Program-made: the position numbers and the translations under genes | The notes under the pieces: generated by a model | The model's database searches: none | Told to the model about the DNA's origin: nothing | The model's input: only the letters and a program-made list of their open reading frames with translations | DNA from: an uncultured Planctomycetaceae bacterium | GTDB taxonomy: Bacteria > Planctomycetota > Planctomycetia > Planctomycetales > Planctomycetaceae | Length of the DNA: 64,000 nt | Direction of reading: 5' to 3' | NCBI GenBank assembly: GCA_963976765.1 | Contig: CAXBME010000035.1 | Location: 1 to 64,000 of the forward strand | Shown: one piece after another, positions 50,498 through 60,493 of the stretch | Layout of the letters: each line of letters opens with the position of its first letter | How positions within the stretch are numbered: position 1 is the first letter of the stretch

Positions 50498-50747
50498 CCT
50501 GGATCCCCCAATGCCCACAAAGCAGTCGTTCCTCACCGCTGCCAGTTGTAAGAACGACAATTCGCTGCCATTGCATTCACTCAACGGGCCGAAACACCTT
50601 GCCGCACGAGCCTAAACAAAAAATACTCGCAATCCTTCCATAATTCTTCTTCTGCTCCGCTCACAAAATGCCGATAGAACCAGGAACGAGCGGTCAGCGC
50701 CAAACGAAGAAGCCCCCACGCCGCAATTTCGAGTAAGGAACACTCAA

Positions 50748-51284
50748 ATGAGACGCGTCACAGGTATCAAATTCATCCCAGCACTTCTCGCACTTGGCCT
50801 GATGATTCAGCCCGTCGCAACAGTACAGGCTCAACAGCCCGGAGCATCTCAGATCACCGATGTCGAATTGAAATCTGACAATTCATTCCAGGGCAAGCCT
50901 GTGGATGCACGAGGTCAGGTTCAGCCCAACACGCCCGTCACAGTACAAAACGTACAGACAGGCCAGGTTGTCCGGACGACCACGGCTGCCGACGGAACCT
51001 TCGGCATTCAGAATCTGCAGCCTGGCGTCTACGACGTCACCGTTGGCCGCATGACCTCAACCGTTCGCATTTGGCCATTCCAGGCAGCTCCAGCCGGTAG
51101 CGTTCAGCAAGTTGCTTACCAGGCACCAGAGGGTGGCCTGCCAGTTGTTGGCGACCTCACCGGTGGTGCAGTCGGCGGCGGGACAAGCGGCGGCGGACTT
51201 CTGTCTGGCGGAAGCGGACTGCTTGTCGGTGGAGCAATCCTCGGCGTAACGGCTGGTATCATCATCGCCATCACCGCCAGCTAG
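50748..51284 (+). CDS. Secreted protein with carboxypeptidase-regulatory-like (prealbumin-fold) domain and hydrophobic C-tail
   Basis: TAAGGA RBS, signal peptide, TTTAADGTFGIQNLQPGVY, Gly-rich hydrophobic C-terminus. Confidence 0.78.
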   Translation: MRRVTGIKFIPALLALGLMIQPVATVQAQQPGASQITDVELKSDNSFQGKPVDARGQVQPNTPVTVQNVQTGQVVRTTTAADGTFGIQNLQPGVYDVTVGRMTSTVRIWPFQAAPAGSVQQVAYQAPEGGLPVVGDLTGGAVGGGTSGGGLLSGGSGLLVGGAILGVTAGIIIAITAS

Positions 51285-51407
51285 ACCAACTTATGGTTCC
51301 TGCGCAGGAGCTGGCCCCGGAATAACCATTGCCCTTTGTGGCACCCCTGCAGGGCAATGAAGACGAATCCTGAAAGTGATCTAGTCGGCACAATCAGACG
51401 ATCAATT

Positions 51408-51443
51408 AAAAAGCCTCGGCCCATCCGGATCGAGGCTTTTTTT
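51408..51443. terminator. Intrinsic terminator, probably bidirectional
   Basis: AAAAAGCCTCG…CGAGGCTTTTTTT between convergent genes. Confidence 0.85.
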
Positions 51444-51698
51444 CGTAACAAACCAAATCAGAAACACCAACTGCTCCACTGCCAACAGACAGCCAACTAC
51501 GAAAGCTGAATACCATGCGACCGCGATTCAAATGCCCAGAGAAGTCGACCAGAAGTCGTTAACGGTAGGGGTACGAACGACCTTTAAGAAGCCCGTGAAA
51601 GCTGTAGCAGAACTGTGGCAGCAGAATCGCGAGACTCCGTGTTTCCACCTCGGACTCTGGCCAATCAGACCGCCGCTTCATGCATCGCCAATATAAGA

Positions 51699-52559
51699 TC
51701 AGCTGGCCACGCGGATGTATCCGTCTTTCTTCGGAGGCTCCGCTGGCGTGACGCCGTGCCCCTTCCAGCTCTGCATCCCCTGGTAAACTCCTAGAAAGCG
51801 AAGCAGTCTGCGGAAGATGACTCGCGGCCATGTTGCTTTACCAAGAGGAATCAACCCGACGAGCCAGGGAGTCAGCAAGTGCGTTTTTCGCTTCTGAACG
51901 CACTTCACGATCTTCGCAGCCAGACTTTCCGGAGTCAGCACTGGAGTGAGCAACGGGGCCTTCACGCCTTCGAACATCCCGGTGCTGATATAGCTCGGGC
52001 AGATGGCTGAAACGCCAACATGGACTCGCCCGGTCAGCTCCAGCTCTTCCCGCAGCGAATCCGTAAAACCTAGAACTGCCCACTTACTCGACGCGTAGGT
52101 CGCAGCGTTTGGCAGAGCGATCAGCGCCGACGCACTGGCGATATTGACGATGTGACCTTCGTCGCTGTCGATTAAATCCTGAAGGAAAAGATGCGTCACG
52201 ATGACCGGACCGTGAGTATTGACGTCGTACGTGACGAGGTGCTTTTCGAGTGGCACTTCCAGAAACTGTCCACCAGAGACGATCCCCGCATTGTTCACCA
52301 GAATGCTGATCGGACCGTGGTCCGCATGAATCTGATCCCGGACGTGACGCACGTCAGCCGGGTCCGTCACATCCATCACATAGCCCGCACAGGGAAGAGC
52401 CTCAATCTGAAGCTCACAAACGGCTTCGGTGACGCGTTCCGGTTCGCGGTCGGTAATGATCACAAAGGCTCCCGCTTTCGCGAAAGCTTTGGCTGTCGCC
52501 AGGCCGAGACCGTGACCGGCACCGGTAATCAATACGCGCCTTGATTTGAGATTCTTCAT
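51699..52559 (-). CDS. SDR oxidoreductase (retinol dehydrogenase-like)
   Basis: TGAGHGLG, NNAG, YASSK, ICPSYISTGMF. Confidence 0.9.
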   Translation of the reverse strand: MKNLKSRRVLITGAGHGLGLATAKAFAKAGAFVIITDREPERVTEAVCELQIEALPCAGYVMDVTDPADVRHVRDQIHADHGPISILVNNAGIVSGGQFLEVPLEKHLVTYDVNTHGPVIVTHLFLQDLIDSDEGHIVNIASASALIALPNAATYASSKWAVLGFTDSLREELELTGRVHVGVSAICPSYISTGMFEGVKAPLLTPVLTPESLAAKIVKCVQKRKTHLLTPWLVGLIPLGKATWPRVIFRRLLRFLGVYQGMQSWKGHGVTPAEPPKKDGYIRVAS

Positions 52560-52634
52560 GTCGAGCCTCCTCGAATTATGGAGACCGGTGCGGCGATGCT
52601 GCGGTTCTTCCTGAAGGAAGTTGCAGTCAGCTCG

Positions 52635-54515
52635 TCAGACCAGCCCCCCTTTCATGGCGTGATAGCCCAATGTTGAGAGATTCCACAAGGACGGATTCTG
52701 AAAGAGTCGACATAACGACCAGGCCACAGATTCGGGCGAAGGATGAGATGCCAGCCACACCGGTTTTGGCAGGACGACAAGCGGCGCTTCCAGAACAGTT
52801 TTCTCAATCCCGGTCAGCATAAAGGAATTGTGAACCCAGCCGGTGCCGCTCTGAATGTCCTGCCTGGACGAACTCGGATGCCCGCCCCACGGTGGACTCA
52901 TCAAAGCAAAGACGACCCCCGACCACTGGTTCTGTGCGACGACTCCGTAACGAAGCCTGTCGACGCACTCATCAAGAACCTGCCGGGGCGCCAGCTTTCG
53001 TTTGAAACGACCAGGCACGGTGATCGATGCCGCCAGTGTTCCCCACAGTTTCTCATTGCAGAACTCTGTCGCCTTCCGCAAAAACTCTTCGGGACTGGCC
53101 GCGTCGATGGGCACTTCAGCACAGACGCAGACGAACGATTCGCTGCCGAACAACGGTGAGTCTTCGTCCGGCTTGACGTTTCGAATCAGTGTCCAGGGCA
53201 AGGTGCCATCCGCCTGGTTAATGCCGGCAACAAACGTCGTCGTTCCGCCGGGGCATGTCTGACTGCCGGACACGCCTCCGCCAGCAGTTTTTCGAAGTAA
53301 CTGCTGAGCCTTGCCCGCCGTCAATCCGGAATACTGTTCGAACCTCTGTTCGGCTCCCGGGTAGTAGGCAACTCGCTGCGGAACTTTCGCGAGCGCATGC
53401 TCGATCCGTTGCAGAAACCGTTCGCGTTCCGGCCACTGTTTCCATGTCACAATGATTCGGGTCGCGACGCAATTGAACGCCGCGTTGTTTGTCATCGAAG
53501 CGACGATATTTTCAGCCTGAAACCTGAGCTGCGTTTTTGAATAAGCTCCCGGAACGACGATCCAGGGAGTGACGTTGCCAAGCTCGCTTCCAACGGGCTT
53601 GTCGATGATTGGTGCGTCGCGACGTTTGCGGTCGTCACGATCGCTGCCGGCCGGTCCCCAGACGATTGCGTCGTGAGTCGCTTCAGAGCCGGTTATGTGA
53701 ATATCGTCGACTCGCTCATCCGCAACAGCGGCAGCACCGATCGTGGTATCTCCTGAGATAATTCGCAGCAGATCATTCTCGATAAGCGGCGCGAAAGCGC
53801 GTTCGAAAACCGGACCAACACACTCGTTAACCGGATTCATTTTGAGCAGGACAGCTCGATTATCGACGCACAGTTTCGTCAGCATATCAGCGGCTGGAAT
53901 TCCACTCACATTGCCGGCGCCAAGCACCAGCGACGTGCCGGTCTGTTCGAGATTCTGATACGAAACGGCCAGGGATGCTTCGAGATTATCTTCGCCAATA
54001 TCCGGCTGCAGCCAGGTCGTCGTCCGGAAACCAACGAACGTCACCGGATCGAAAAATCCAGGGCACGGTGTCAGGCGAATTCCGATCCGACCGTCACTCT
54101 TTCGGACGGGTCTGGCTGGAAGCTTTGGACGGCCACGGCGATCAATCTGCCGCATACTTCTCAGGAAGAGTTGCAACTGACGCAGCGTTGCCGCCGGTCC
54201 TCCGAGAACTTCCTGTGCACGCTCGCGGCTTCCAGGAGCAATCCCTTTCGACTCACAAACAACGTCCACCCACTCAGGAGCGACGCTGCAGATTCCGTCG
54301 ACACACTGTTCCAGTAAGGCAATCCGCTGAGCGACATTCATCCGGCTCAGACGGTTTCGACCATCGGTAAGTTTCTCCAGACAACGATCCAGCGACGCGA
54401 CGTCCGCGCGAACAACTTTGGCAACCTTTGGCGAAGACCGTCCCTTGGTCGACGCCCCCGTTGAGTGAGGCAGTCGGCCTGCGTCTTTCACAATGTCTGG
54501 ACCGGGACGAATCAT
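52635..54515 (-). CDS. Aldehyde dehydrogenase family protein (divergent)
   Basis: LGAGNV, LKMNP, HITGS, ELGNVTP, catalytic-Cys region NAAFNC, ESF. Confidence 0.82.
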   Translation of the reverse strand: MIRPGPDIVKDAGRLPHSTGASTKGRSSPKVAKVVRADVASLDRCLEKLTDGRNRLSRMNVAQRIALLEQCVDGICSVAPEWVDVVCESKGIAPGSRERAQEVLGGPAATLRQLQLFLRSMRQIDRRGRPKLPARPVRKSDGRIGIRLTPCPGFFDPVTFVGFRTTTWLQPDIGEDNLEASLAVSYQNLEQTGTSLVLGAGNVSGIPAADMLTKLCVDNRAVLLKMNPVNECVGPVFERAFAPLIENDLLRIISGDTTIGAAAVADERVDDIHITGSEATHDAIVWGPAGSDRDDRKRRDAPIIDKPVGSELGNVTPWIVVPGAYSKTQLRFQAENIVASMTNNAAFNCVATRIIVTWKQWPERERFLQRIEHALAKVPQRVAYYPGAEQRFEQYSGLTAGKAQQLLRKTAGGGVSGSQTCPGGTTTFVAGINQADGTLPWTLIRNVKPDEDSPLFGSESFVCVCAEVPIDAASPEEFLRKATEFCNEKLWGTLAASITVPGRFKRKLAPRQVLDECVDRLRYGVVAQNQWSGVVFALMSPPWGGHPSSSRQDIQSGTGWVHNSFMLTGIEKTVLEAPLVVLPKPVWLASHPSPESVAWSLCRLFQNPSLWNLSTLGYHAMKGGLV

Positions 54516-54521
54516 CGCGAC

Positions 54522-56321
54522 TTACTCCTTTAAATCCGCGGCGGAACTGTCTGCTGGTGCCGGATCAGTTTTCATCACCGGGGGTGCCGCAGCGACTGCC
54601 GATTCAGAAACGCGCTGAGGATGCGGCTGCTGATCAGTCAACGTTGAATCGTTACGGAGCTTACGTCGAAGCACCTTCCCAAGGAAGTTCTTTGGCAACT
54701 CTCCGACCACCACTTCCACGATTTTCGGACGTTTATGCTTAGCGAGATGCTCAGACGCAAACGCGTCAAATGCCGCCCGGTCGAAACTATCTGCCGACCG
54801 AACGCTCACGACTGCTTTGACGATTTCTCCGCACCTGAAATCGGGTTCGCCAATAATGACGACGTCTTCCACGCCCGGAGCATTCTTCAATACTGGCTCA
54901 ACATCCGCCGGGTAAACGTTGAAACCTGACGTAATGATGAGATCTTTCTTTCGATCGACCACGCGGAAGAAACCGTCCTCATCGCACGTTCCCATGTCCC
55001 CCGTGTAAAGCCACCCGTCGCGGATCACTTCAGACGTAGCCGCGGCGTTCTGCCAGTAACCGAGCATGACCTGCGGGCCTCGCACGACCAGCTCACCAAT
55101 CTCGCCAGGCGGTAGAACAGATTGTCCGTCTTCGCCAACGACACGGACCTCGGTATCAGGCAGTGGCAGACCGATCGTGCCCGACCGGTTCGTTCCGTCC
55201 AGCGGCCCGGTACAGATCACCGGACTGGCCTCCGACATCCCGTACCCTTCAACCAGCGTCGCACCGGAATAACGGGCGAACTCATCAGCGATTTCTTCTG
55301 ACAGCGGTGCACCACCGGAAACCACATAACGCAACGCTTTGAATTGAATCGGTCTGTCGCTTAGCAACTCATTCAACGCCGCCAGCATTGCCGGCACGGC
55401 AGGGAAGATCGAAGGTTGATGCTCCTCGATAAGCCGCAGCACGATTCGCGGAACAAACCGATGATGAATCACCAGAGTCGCCGCCATCGCCACACCAGAC
55501 ATCGCACACGACGTCAGACCGTAACTATGAAAGAATGGCAGAACGGTGAGAATCTTTTCGCGAGCTTCGTAAGCTCCGCCCCAGTTATAGATCTGCCAGG
55601 CGTTGGCGACGAGATTTCGATGGCTCAGCGTGACCGCTTTCGGAGCACCAGTCGTACCGCCGGTAGGAAGAATGTAAGCAGGTTCGTCGAGCGATGCTGC
55701 CTTTAGCGGCTGAAAATCGACATCCCCCGCCGCAACCTGATCTTCCAATGAATGATGAGTCGGATGATCAGGAGCCGGCCAGAACCCCAGTCGCTGCAAC
55801 CTTGCAAAGGCATAACCAACCTTCTGCCACGTCGGCAGTCGATCGCCGAGCGTCGCAAAGAGAACGTGTTCCGGCCTGTACTTTGCGTTGACGATCAGCG
55901 GTGCAAGAACATCGAGGCCAATCACAACGCGACAGTCCGTCGTCGTCATGAAAGTGTCGATTTCTTCGGCAACCATCAGGGGGCTCATCGCAACGACGAT
56001 CCCTCCCGCCATCCAGATTCCGTTGAGAACTGAAAGATACTCAGGCAGGTTGGGCAGCAGCACACCGACCCGATCACCGGGCTTCACGCCAAACTTCACC
56101 AGAGCCGACGCTGTCCGACGTGCATTTCCGGCAAGTTCTCGATATGTCACCGTCTGCTTGTAGTAATGGCAGGCGACCCGGTCCGGATGCCGTGACGCAG
56201 TCCGCTCAAGCAGTCCCCAGGCGTAGAGTTCGGGGTAGTTCAAAGTACGCGGCACGATGGATGGATAATGATCCAGCCACGGCCTGTCGGACGTATCGAA
56301 CGATCTCAGAAATTTAGACAT
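54522..56321 (-). CDS. fadD: Long-chain fatty-acid-CoA ligase
   Basis: PTGGTTGAPK, EGYGMSE, TGD, DRKKDLI, GKVLRR; ATG 56321. Confidence 0.88.
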   Translation of the reverse strand: MSKFLRSFDTSDRPWLDHYPSIVPRTLNYPELYAWGLLERTASRHPDRVACHYYKQTVTYRELAGNARRTASALVKFGVKPGDRVGVLLPNLPEYLSVLNGIWMAGGIVVAMSPLMVAEEIDTFMTTTDCRVVIGLDVLAPLIVNAKYRPEHVLFATLGDRLPTWQKVGYAFARLQRLGFWPAPDHPTHHSLEDQVAAGDVDFQPLKAASLDEPAYILPTGGTTGAPKAVTLSHRNLVANAWQIYNWGGAYEAREKILTVLPFFHSYGLTSCAMSGVAMAATLVIHHRFVPRIVLRLIEEHQPSIFPAVPAMLAALNELLSDRPIQFKALRYVVSGGAPLSEEIADEFARYSGATLVEGYGMSEASPVICTGPLDGTNRSGTIGLPLPDTEVRVVGEDGQSVLPPGEIGELVVRGPQVMLGYWQNAAATSEVIRDGWLYTGDMGTCDEDGFFRVVDRKKDLIITSGFNVYPADVEPVLKNAPGVEDVVIIGEPDFRCGEIVKAVVSVRSADSFDRAAFDAFASEHLAKHKRPKIVEVVVGELPKNFLGKVLRRKLRNDSTLTDQQPHPQRVSESAVAAAPPVMKTDPAPADSSAADLKE

Positions 56322-56679
56322 GCCGGGCTCCCGGTGTTGCCAGGCAGGCCCGATCATGAGCCTGCTCAGCAGGATGGGACGGTCCCGTACGCGACCGACG
56401 AAGTCAGTCTTCGGAACTGAAAATGAAGTGCGGCTGCTCTGTCTCAAGACCTGACAAAACACCCGCCCGGCATTTCCCGTTGCCGTTTTGCTTTCCCTTC
56501 AAAAGCCCGGAAGTGACTTATCAATCTAGGCCAACACTCAATACGTCTCTCAGGAGAAACGTTACCAGGCCAATCCAATCGCCGGAGTCGAACCTGGATT
56601 TCTCTGATTTTCTTCATTTTTCCGAGTTGACACGACATACCGGCACCCCCGACGAATTGATCTCCCTTGTCGTATTCGG

Positions 56680-58878
56680 TCAGCTGGCGGCTCGTGACTT
56701 TTCTGCCACTCCCTCTTCACTCGTTTCTGTGGGGCCAGCATTGTCAAACGCTCCCCGTCGAGCACAGTCAATCAACGCTTCGGAGGGTGCAAGATGCGAG
56801 TGCGTCTTCGCAAGCTCCTGCAAACCGTCTACGACTTTCTGAATTCCAATGCTTTGAGCGTACCGCAGCGGCCCACCCCGGAATGGCGCAAAGCCTGTCC
56901 CGAAGACCATCGCCAGGTCGATGTCTTCCGGCCTTCTTGCGACACCTTCCGCCAGACAGATTGCCGCCTCGTTGATCACCGGAAAGACCAGCCGCTCAGC
57001 GATCGCCTCTCGACTCAATCGCAAAACAGATGCTGCACCGCTCGACTTCCTCAGCTCTGCGATCGACCGAAGGACTGATTCATGCACGGCCTTTCCACCA
57101 TCTGTCAGCAGCTTCGGTTGAGCCCCGAGTTTCTCACGAAGTTGTTTCAACGCTCCCCAGATGGCAGCCGGCTTCATCCGATCACCGTACGCTTCGTGTA
57201 GATTTTCAGCAACGTGAGCCGCTACATCGAGCCCGACCAGATCGCTCAAAGCCAACGGCCCCATCGGCATACCGAAGTCAACTGCCGCCTTGTCGATTTC
57301 CATCGGGTCGGAAACTTCTGCGAGCAGAAAGCCAGCTTCGTTCATGTACGGACCGAGCAACCGGTTGACCAGAAACCCTGCACAGTCACCGACGACGACC
57401 GGTGTCTTCCCCAGACGCTGCACGACCGCGAACGCTTTGGCCAACGCAGCATCACTCGTCAGTTCAGTCCGAATGACTTCGACCAGAGGCATCTGATGAG
57501 GCGGGTTAAAAAAATGCAGGCCGACGACGCGTTCCGGATACGGGACGTCGCGAGCGATTTCGCTCACAAGCAGCGAACTTGTGTTTGTCGCCAGGACGGT
57601 TTCTGAGTTTGTCGCCACGGCCAGCTCCGCGAAAACCTGACGTTTGATGTCCGGCACTTCGACCACTGCCTCGATAACGACGTCGGCGTTCTTTAACCCT
57701 CGATAGTCAGTCGCTGGACTCAGTCGATCGAAGATTTCTTCCGCCTGTCGCTTCGTAAGTTTCTTCCGCTTTGTGTCTTTGGCCAGAAGATCGCGGACAG
57801 TCTTTACACCGCGAGCAACGAACTCCGATTTGATATCTTTGAGTCGTGTCGCGACTCCCTTGCGAGCGAGCAGCAAAGCAATACCCGCTCCCATCGCACC
57901 GGCACCGATCACAGCCGCCTGCTTGAGTTCCTTCGGATCGAAGGTTGCCTTGAGCTCTTCCGGTGGCTTCTTTGCCTCTTCGGAAAGGAAGAACAGCCGA
58001 ATGCACTCTCGCGTGACCGGGTTAGCAGCCAGCTCCGAGATTCCATCGGCTTCAATGTTGAACCGGCGTTTGTCGTCCGCACCAAGCCCCTTCTCGAACG
58101 TCGAGATAATCATCAACGGAGCCGGGTAATGCCCGTGCGTTTTCGACATCACCTGCTGACGTGCTTTCTTCAACGCAAACCTCTTCGCGGCAATTGTCCC
58201 TTCGAGAAATTTCATCCAGCCCGGCTTCTTCGAACTGCGAAACAGCTTTGACGCCGAGCCGAACTCGTGATGCGTCTTCAGGATTTTTTCGCCCACCGTC
58301 GACAACGCTTCGGGCGGTACGACTTCGTGAACGACGCCTTTTGATCGAGCCTGAAAACCGCCTAACTGCCGCCCGGAAAGAACCAGCGGTAGCGCATCGA
58401 TCAGACCGACCAGCCGAGGCAGTCGCACCGTGCCGCCCCAGCCGGGCAGCAGTCCGAGCTGCACTTCAGGCAGCCCGAGTTTTGTTTTTTCATGAGTGCT
58501 GGCAACTCGGTATCGGCAGGCGAGTGCGAATTCCAAACCGCCTCCGAGACACGCGCCGGAAATCAACGCGACCGTTGGAACCTTCAGTTCTTCCAGCTCC
58601 TGAAAGACGCTCTGCCCGAATGTCGACACCTCGGCTGCCGCTGCTTTGTCGGTCAGATCTTCAAACTCGGTGATGTCCGCTCCGGCGATGAACACACCGG
58701 GCTTGCCACTTTGAAAAAGAACTCCTCGAATAGCAGAATCGTTTCTGATCGACGCAACCAGCTCCCGCAGCTCTTCCATGACTGATCGCGAGAGAGCATT
58801 CACCGGCCGATCTTTACGATCAATCGTGACTCGCAGAATGCCGACGTCGTCTTTTTGTGAATGCCACATTTCAGCCAT
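56680..58878 (-). CDS. fadJ: Fatty-acid oxidation multifunctional enzyme (enoyl-CoA hydratase / 3-hydroxyacyl-CoA dehydrogenase)
   Basis: AGADI, GGGLE, PEVQLGLLPGWGG, GAGAMG, TNTSS, HFFNP, GFLVNR; ATG 58878. Confidence 0.9.
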   Translation of the reverse strand: MAEMWHSQKDDVGILRVTIDRKDRPVNALSRSVMEELRELVASIRNDSAIRGVLFQSGKPGVFIAGADITEFEDLTDKAAAAEVSTFGQSVFQELEELKVPTVALISGACLGGGLEFALACRYRVASTHEKTKLGLPEVQLGLLPGWGGTVRLPRLVGLIDALPLVLSGRQLGGFQARSKGVVHEVVPPEALSTVGEKILKTHHEFGSASKLFRSSKKPGWMKFLEGTIAAKRFALKKARQQVMSKTHGHYPAPLMIISTFEKGLGADDKRRFNIEADGISELAANPVTRECIRLFFLSEEAKKPPEELKATFDPKELKQAAVIGAGAMGAGIALLLARKGVATRLKDIKSEFVARGVKTVRDLLAKDTKRKKLTKRQAEEIFDRLSPATDYRGLKNADVVIEAVVEVPDIKRQVFAELAVATNSETVLATNTSSLLVSEIARDVPYPERVVGLHFFNPPHQMPLVEVIRTELTSDAALAKAFAVVQRLGKTPVVVGDCAGFLVNRLLGPYMNEAGFLLAEVSDPMEIDKAAVDFGMPMGPLALSDLVGLDVAAHVAENLHEAYGDRMKPAAIWGALKQLREKLGAQPKLLTDGGKAVHESVLRSIAELRKSSGAASVLRLSREAIAERLVFPVINEAAICLAEGVARRPEDIDLAMVFGTGFAPFRGGPLRYAQSIGIQKVVDGLQELAKTHSHLAPSEALIDCARRGAFDNAGPTETSEEGVAEKSRAAS

Positions 58879-59018
58879 GAATCCGTCCTCAATACGCAAA
58901 ACACTTTTCTCGACGTTACCTCTCCCGCTTGCTGGAGAGCTCGGTCTCTCGGGACCGGGTGAGGGTTTCAGTTCTGGAATAGTCCGTGATTTCTTGAACG
59001 CCCCCCTAAATCTCACTT

Positions 59019-60308
59019 TCACGCGGCTACCCGCTCAACAATCGTGGCGCCGCCCTGCCCACCTCCGATGCACAAAGTAGCCAGGCCGATGTTCTGATCG
59101 CGTCGTTCCAGCTCGCCGAGCAGTGTGAGAATTAACCTCGCACCGGTCGCTCCGACAGGATGTCCGATCGCGATTGCTCCGCCGTTCACGTTCAGCTTGT
59201 CGTCGTCGATCGGCTTAAGTCGTGATGCCGCATTTGAGTCGCAGCAGCCTTCCGGTGGATTCTCGAAGCCTTTCAAACAGGCCAGCACCTGTGCCGCAAA
59301 GGCCTCGTTCAGCTCGACGAGGTCGACATCGTCCATCGTCATGCCTGCCGACTTGAGAGCTTTCGCCGATGAATAAACCGGACCAAGCCCCATTCGAGAC
59401 GGGTCACATCCGGCGAACTCGGCGGACCGGATTCGACCGATTGGCTTCAGGCCGAGCGACTTTGCATAGTCAGCTTCCATCAGCAGCAGCGCCGCCGCTC
59501 CATCGGTCACCCCGCACGAATTGCCAACTGTCACACTGCCCCATTTTCGATCGAAGTACGGTTTCATTTTCCCGAGCGCCGCCATGCTTTGCCCTTCGCG
59601 CGGCCCGATGTCCTGTTCCAGAGCTTCCGACTTTGGCTCCGGATAAAGCGTCATCGTCTCGTTACAAAGTCGACCGGCCTTCCACGCAGCAACCGCTTTT
59701 TCGTGACTGTGAACAGCAAACTGATCCTGCTCGTCGCGAGAAATCCCGTACTCGCGAGCCAGCTTTTCCGCCGTGTCGCCCATCATCAGATCGGACACGG
59801 GGTCCGTCAGTCCAAGTTTCAAACCGATGAGCGGTGCAAAGTCGCCAGGCCGAAACCTGGCAATCCCGGCGAGCTTCTGCCCTGCGGTCTTCGCCTTCGA
59901 AAGCTGGAGCAGCTTTTCTCCGAACGTCTTTCGAAACAGCAGCGGAACGTTGCTCATCGAATCAACGCCGACCGCGACGACAGACTTCACAGCGCCGCTG
60001 GCAATTCTCGCCGCCGCCTGAGTGACGCTTTCCATTCCGCTCGCACAGTTTCGATTGACCGTGTGAGCGATCCGGTCTTTCGGGATTCCAGCTCGCAGCG
60101 CAATGACTCGCGCGACGTTTGCGGCATCGACAGGCGACGCGACGTTGCCGGCAATCAGCTCGTCAATGTCTTCCGGCGAAATATTACATCGATAAAGCAA
60201 TTCCTGAACAACCAACCGGCCAAGTTCAGGAGCGGGCGTTCCGATCAAGTCGGCTCCGGCCTTCACGAACGGAGTCCGTACTCCGCCAATAATCACTGCT
60301 TCTGCCAT
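59019..60308 (-). CDS. fadI: Acetyl-CoA C-acyltransferase (thiolase)
   Basis: [33 protein letters not shown]; adjacent to the fadJ-like gene. Confidence 0.88.
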   Translation of the reverse strand: MAEAVIIGGVRTPFVKAGADLIGTPAPELGRLVVQELLYRCNISPEDIDELIAGNVASPVDAANVARVIALRAGIPKDRIAHTVNRNCASGMESVTQAAARIASGAVKSVVAVGVDSMSNVPLLFRKTFGEKLLQLSKAKTAGQKLAGIARFRPGDFAPLIGLKLGLTDPVSDLMMGDTAEKLAREYGISRDEQDQFAVHSHEKAVAAWKAGRLCNETMTLYPEPKSEALEQDIGPREGQSMAALGKMKPYFDRKWGSVTVGNSCGVTDGAAALLLMEADYAKSLGLKPIGRIRSAEFAGCDPSRMGLGPVYSSAKALKSAGMTMDDVDLVELNEAFAAQVLACLKGFENPPEGCCDSNAASRLKPIDDDKLNVNGGAIAIGHPVGATGARLILTLLGELERRDQNIGLATLCIGGGQGGATIVERVAA

Positions 60309-60337
60309 GACATTTCTCCATGGTCATGAAATTTTCG

Positions 60338-60409
60338 GCCACAGAGAACATCGAGGTCACGGAGAATTCTTCAGCGGACTGGCTCCGTGGCATCGATGTT
60401 CGCAGTGGC
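60338..60409. repeat. Intergenic inverted repeat (GCCACAGAG family)
   Basis: 27-nt arms with 23/27 complementarity; related copy at 62856-62926. Confidence 0.7.
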
Positions 60410-60493
60410 TCAAATTCATCCTGTTCTCAATCATTGGTCAGTGTTTGATTGTCTTCAGTAAGTGACTCTGGCGAAACACCGGTTTCAAAGCGG

